Of a DNA stretch of 64,000 nucleotides, positions 59,320 through 64,000 are shown piece by piece (position 1 is the stretch's first letter; each line of letters begins with the position of its first letter). Origin of the DNA: Hypanus sabinus (lineage: Eukaryota). The notes beneath the pieces were generated by a model, which was given only the letters and a program-made list of their open reading frames with translations, ran no database searches and was not told the DNA's origin. The position numbers and the translations under genes were made by a program. The stretch is taken from positions 64,852,001-64,916,000 of the forward strand of contig NC_082717.1 of the NCBI RefSeq assembly GCF_030144855.1, written 5' to 3'.

Positions 59320-62180
59320 TGTTATGACTTACCATAATGATCAGCACCTTGTGGTTAGCTGACTTTCACTGATTCCTTGTTCTGGTCAAGAAATCAGTTC
59401 TGGGGTAAAGTATTGAATTGGTCATACTGGGAAGTGTCAGTTTGGGTTGAGTTTTGAGACTGGTGTAGTTTTACAAAATTAAGGGTTATTTCAATCTCCA
59501 GCTTGTTCTATTGTCTGGCTTCAGGTCTCATCAGTAGGTATAGGCGAGTGAACACACCAAATTGGCAATGAGATGCTGTATTATATCAACATGGCAATTC
59601 CAGCAAAAGACTTGTGCACAATCCTGCAAGCTCACCTGAGGCTGCTAAGCTGAGGTTAATCAAAATGTTAACCAGCGGGTTGTCAGTGAGTTCAACTACA
59701 TCAATGTCAATCACTGAACAGGACTCACGAGTCAATTGTGTACATTTCCAATTTACAGTTCAATGCTGTTTTGGAAGTTGTGTTTGAGTTATAGTTTTAG
59801 CACTACGAAGATGTATTCTGGGTCATGTTTGCCAGTAAAGTGGACTCCTGGAAAACATGCCCTTTGCTCTGAACATGAATACCATTTCAACTTCATTCTG
59901 TTTAAGAACCTGTGCGACTTATCATTTGATGAAACTGACCAACAGTTAACAAACATTTTTGGAGAGCAGTCATCTCTCTTCAGTATAGGCTACCATTATT
60001 TAAAACTTGTTAAACAAGATGCCATTGACTTTATCACATGCACCAGTATCGTCAATCATGAATGTGAAAAGTTCAAGCTGGGTAACATGACTGAATTACT
60101 GTTCAAGTGTCTGATTTAAAAAAAAAATTATTTGTGCACTTCAAACACCTGCTGAGGCAGATATACATAAACTGCTCCTGGCCACACTAGAGCACAGCAC
60201 TGATAATATTCTATGAGCTGTTACTCAAGAATGTCAGCATTTGATCAACCTGAAACTCTATTCCAACCCAGTTGAACAGACCAAGGTCAATGCAGTGTCT
60301 AGTTGCCCAGACATCATCACTCACCAGATCTGCAAGTGGCCAAACACAGCCGTTAGAACTGTGGTGCTTGGTATTTTGCAAGAAAGTGCAAATACAAGAA
60401 ACACATTTGCAGTAAATGCCATTGCCATGGTCACAAAAAAGGCTTTTGCCATCCTTTATTGTGTTCAAGGCCAGTACAGCAGAGAAGTCTATGGATAAAT
60501 CGAGATGGAAACCTTGGAAGTCATCTTTGATGTGAAGAAGTTCCACAAGATGATTAATGACAGACACTTCACCCTCACTGATGTTCATCAAACATCAAAC
60601 CTCTGATGTTCATCTTCAGGTCTAAGAAAGCCACACCAGTGAATACACCCAACTGTCTGCAAAGGTGAGCAATGATATTATTTGCCTATGATTTTTAAAT
60701 CAAATACACAACAACCCAGAAACTTGGTCAGGCAGATGACCTCTCCAGACTTGGGAACCAGCAGGTTAGTGAAATTGAAGATGTAGTTGTTGCTGTGATT
60801 TCATTTGATTGTGAGGTCCTCCAGGTTGTATCAAATGCTGCTGAAGGTCTTCCAGTCCCAGGCAGCAAAATCAGAGCAGATACAACTGCACATCCTCTTC
60901 TTCAAAGTATCTCTGGATGCCTCACTAATGGATGGGCAGGCAAGGTTGAGGAAGATGTTGTACCCTTCTATCGCCATCATGCATTGCTCTCTACTGTGGA
61001 CTCTTGCTTAATATTCCACCATGGTCAGCCAGGCATCAAGAAGCTTTGTGTACAGGCCGGGTATATACGAAGATATCACACCCATATGCAAACAGTGTAC
61101 TCAGTGCTCTGTGGCAGCAAAGAATCCAAGTACTGTAGATCCAATCCACAACCATGGCCTAAGGGTACCAGACCTTGGAGATGAGTACATAATGACTTTG
61201 CTGGCCCAATCAACAGGTGTACCTACCCTGTCCTGTTTGAAACCTATTCCAAATAGCCAGAAGTACTATCTATCAAGTCAACAAGTGACGGGCTACCATT
61301 CAACACCTGCTGCAGATCTTCAGCCACTTTGGGATGCTAGAAACACTTGTTTCTAGCACTGGCACTCAATTTAGTTCACAGCAGTTTGCTGCAATCTACC
61401 AGAACATTGAAATTATCCACATCCCCCGCCCCATATCATTCACAGTCTAACAGAGAGGTTTTGTGGTTACCTTCAATCTATTGCTTTTAAGTTGAAGGGA
61501 AGGAGCATCGTCAGAGGCTCTCAACACATTCCTACTGACAAATCGAACGACACCGCATCTAGGCCTTGAGGGGAAGTCTCCAGCTGAAGTGCTTTTGGGA
61601 AGAAGACTGTACAGTGTTGATGTGATACTGTTCTTTGAAGTTATCATAGACGAATGTCACTGGTGACACCACATCAACCTGTTGTGGCCATGTGCACCCA
61701 AAAGCACAACAAGTTTGTTGGGCAGATCTTCAAACACAGAGCTGGACCTTCAACTCCTCCTGGAGGGCGTCAAATAACCTATCACCAGCAGCAAGCAGTA
61801 TCACAAGAAAGTGAGAACCTGTAACTGCTAAGAAGGACTAATTTTCAGCATAAACCGGTCATTCCATTCCAAGTCAACCCTTGGCTCAAATCCTACAACT
61901 AATCATCTTCAAGAGGGAGGTGTTATGATGAGCCAAAACAATCATACCTAGCAGTCAGTGGAAACCAATTCCAGGCTGACTTTCATTGATGGTCGTTCCA
62001 ATCAAGGACTCAGTTGTTCTTGGATAAACCATCTAAGTAGTCATTCTGCTGAATGTGATATTGGGTTGAGTTTTGAGACTAGTGTAGTTTTACCGAGCAA
62101 AGGGTAATTACAAATTCTATCCATTTCTATTGTCTGTCTTTGGGTCTCATGAGTTGTTTAAGGCAAACAAACATATCAAC
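59320..62180 (+). mobile_element. Old, internally deleted Gypsy LTR retrotransposon (Mag / K02A2.6-like)
   Basis: Two diverged LTRs starting TGTTATGA (59320 to ~59560; 61921 to ~62180); PBS-like TGGCAATGAG after the 5' LTR; polypurine tract AAGAGGGAGG 61911-61920; gag-like LTNIFGEQSSLFS...CEKFKL; integrase-like PWPK..RPWR, DFAGPIN, KSPAEVLLGRRL. Confidence 0.85.
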
Positions 62181-63151
62181 GATGTAACAGTTTGGTGTTT
62201 TAATAGATGTATCATGTCCTGTTGAATTGGTTCTGCTCAAATATGGCATTTTATTTCATTGTGTCTAGTTTACAACATGCACTTGACTGTTTCAGTTGCA
62301 CTTGAAGGGATATGAAATCAGAGCTAGTTCTTGTGTTAATGACACAACTATTTGCAGAAACAATACCAGTTCTTTCAGTAATTTCAGTACTTATTTGCTG
62401 TAACACTAAATTGCCACCAGAGGTTCCCCATGTGCTTTGTAACAATGGCTGGAGTATTAAGGCATTATCTCTCATTGTAATTTACAACCACCCAAATACA
62501 GGCATTTTAGCATTAGAACACTTCTTATAACCATATAACAATTACAGCACAGAAACAGGCCATCTTGGCCTTTCTAGTCCGTGCTGAATGCTTACTCTCA
62601 CCTAGTCCCACCGACCTGCACTCAGCCCATAACCCTCCATTCCTTTCCTGTCCATAAACCTATCCAATTTTTTTTTTAAATGACAAATCGAACCTGCCTC
62701 TACCACTTCTACTGGAAGTTTGTTCCACACAACTACCACTCTCTGAGTAATGAAATTCCCCCTCGTGTTACCCTTACACTTTTGCCCCTTAACTCTCAAC
62801 TCATGTCCTCTTGTTTGAATCTCCCCTATTCTCAATGGAAAAAGCCTATCCACGTCAACTCTATCTATCCCCCTCATAATTTTAGGTACTTCTATCAAGT
62901 CCCCCCTCAACCTTCTACGATTCAAAGAATAAAGACCTTATTTCTGATTCATATCCTTTCATGTGTAACTGAATCAGTCAAGTGCATGTTGTAAACTAGA
63001 CACAATGAAATAAAATGCCATATTTGAGCAGAACCAATTCAACAGGACATGATACATTCATTAAAACACCTAACTGTTACATCGTTGATATGTTTGTTTG
63101 CCTTAAACAACTCATGAGACCCAAAGACGGACAATAGAAATGGATAGAATT
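62113..63151. repeat. ~210-bp inverted duplication (arms 62113-62322 and 62943-63151)
   Basis: Arms are reverse complements, with about 9 differences by manual alignment. Confidence 0.93.
62529..62940 (-). mobile_element. 5'-truncated CR1/HER1 LINE
   Basis: RRRLRGDLIEV.KIMRGIDRVD...TRGH...QRVVVVWNKLP; tail aaccatataacaattacagc. Confidence 0.9.
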
Positions 63152-63562
63152 CATGTGAATTCGTGTGTGAAAAATTCTTGTGATTACTTTCCACTTAATT
63201 TCAATTTGTACTACTTTGTATCAGTGACAACTTGTAAACCAAAATTTTTGAAACATCTGTTTCTCTGCGTCATGGTAGTTTAAAAACTTTTAAAATGGTG
63301 CACAGGATTGGGTTAGGTGTGTGCTCATCCTCAAGTCAAGTCCCTTTTTATTGTCATTTCAACCATAAACTGCTGGTACAGTACACAGTAAAAATGAAAC
63401 AAGGACCGACCATGGTGCTACATGAAACAACACAAAACTACACTAGACTACAGACCTACACAGGACTACATAAAGTGCACAAAACAGTGCAAGGCAGCAC
63501 AATAATTAATTAATTAATAATAAACAAGACGATAGGCACAGTAAAGGACAAATTTCAATATA

Positions 63563-64000
63563 CAGGTAGTCCCCGAGTTACGAACGTCTGACTTATGGAC
63601 AACTCGTACTTATGAACCGAGGAAGGAGAACTCCGTCCGCTATTTTAAGTCATTGCCGTTGACACTGTGTTAAGTGTTTAACTGTGTATTTGGCTTAAAT
63701 TTTTCTTAGTAAGATTCACCCTGCCCCCTGCCCCCCCCCCCCCCCCCCCCCGTGGTGCAGTGAAATGGAGGTTCCTGAGTTCGATCCAGTGACAGACCAC
63801 TCCTGTGCTGGGTTGATATCGATCCAGTGACTCCTGTACCGTCTGTGCCGGGTTGATGTTGATCCAGTGACTCCTGTACCGTCTGTTCCAGGTTGATCGA
63901 TTCAGTGACTCCTGTACCGTCTGTGCCGGGTTGATATCGATTCAGTGACTCCTGTACCGTCTGTGCCAGGTTGATGTCGAGCTCCCAATTCGACCTCTTT
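63563..64000. mobile_element. Tigger/pogo-like non-autonomous DNA transposon (runs off window) with internal minisatellite
   Basis: TA|CAGGTAGTCCCCGAGTTACG terminus, matching the 31053 end. Confidence 0.65.
63781..63981 (+). repeat. Minisatellite, ~40-bp unit, about 5 copies
   Basis: Unit GATCCAGTGACTCCTGTACCGTCTGTGCCGGGTTGATRTY. Confidence 0.9.

Noticed and set aside
63781-63981. CRISPR-like repeat array
   Set aside because: Units are contiguous with no unique spacers, the context is eukaryotic, and there are no cas genes
50027-64000. Retrogene in COMMD1 intron 1, like mouse Zrsr1
   Set aside because: Only TE-derived ORFs are present in the visible part of the intron

Overview
Eukaryotic, intron-rich vertebrate DNA. 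The repeat content (CR1/HER1-type LINEs, V-SINE/HE1-type SINEs, inverted-repeat Penelope elements) points to a cartilaginous fish, most likely a ray; this is an inference. I traced three genes by hand from splice sites and reading phase. ABCB10 (mitochondrial ABC half-transporter, minus strand) has exons 1-12 at 17139..779, and its last exon lies left of the window. CCT4 (chaperonin TCP1-delta, minus strand) is complete, with 14 coding exons at 45402..24667 encoding 533 aa. COMMD1 (plus strand) has its first coding exon at 49856..50026, head-to-head with CCT4. Much of the remaining sequence is transposon-derived: hAT, Tc1, Tigger-like, Gypsy, solo LTRs, CR1, Rex1/Babar, L1, Penelope and SINEs, often nested, several with readable target-site duplications. 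There is a 221-nt assembly gap. I found no convincing novel protein-coding system. The best leads are: twin, independently inserted solo LTRs carried inside a hAT element; a ~210-bp inverted copy of flanking DNA joined to a LINE 5' end; a perfect DR4/NBRE plus CRE cassette just before the COMMD1 ATG; a perfect heat-shock element at CCT4; decayed hammerhead ribozyme cores in Penelope repeats; and an ABCB10-CCT4 adjacency not present in human.
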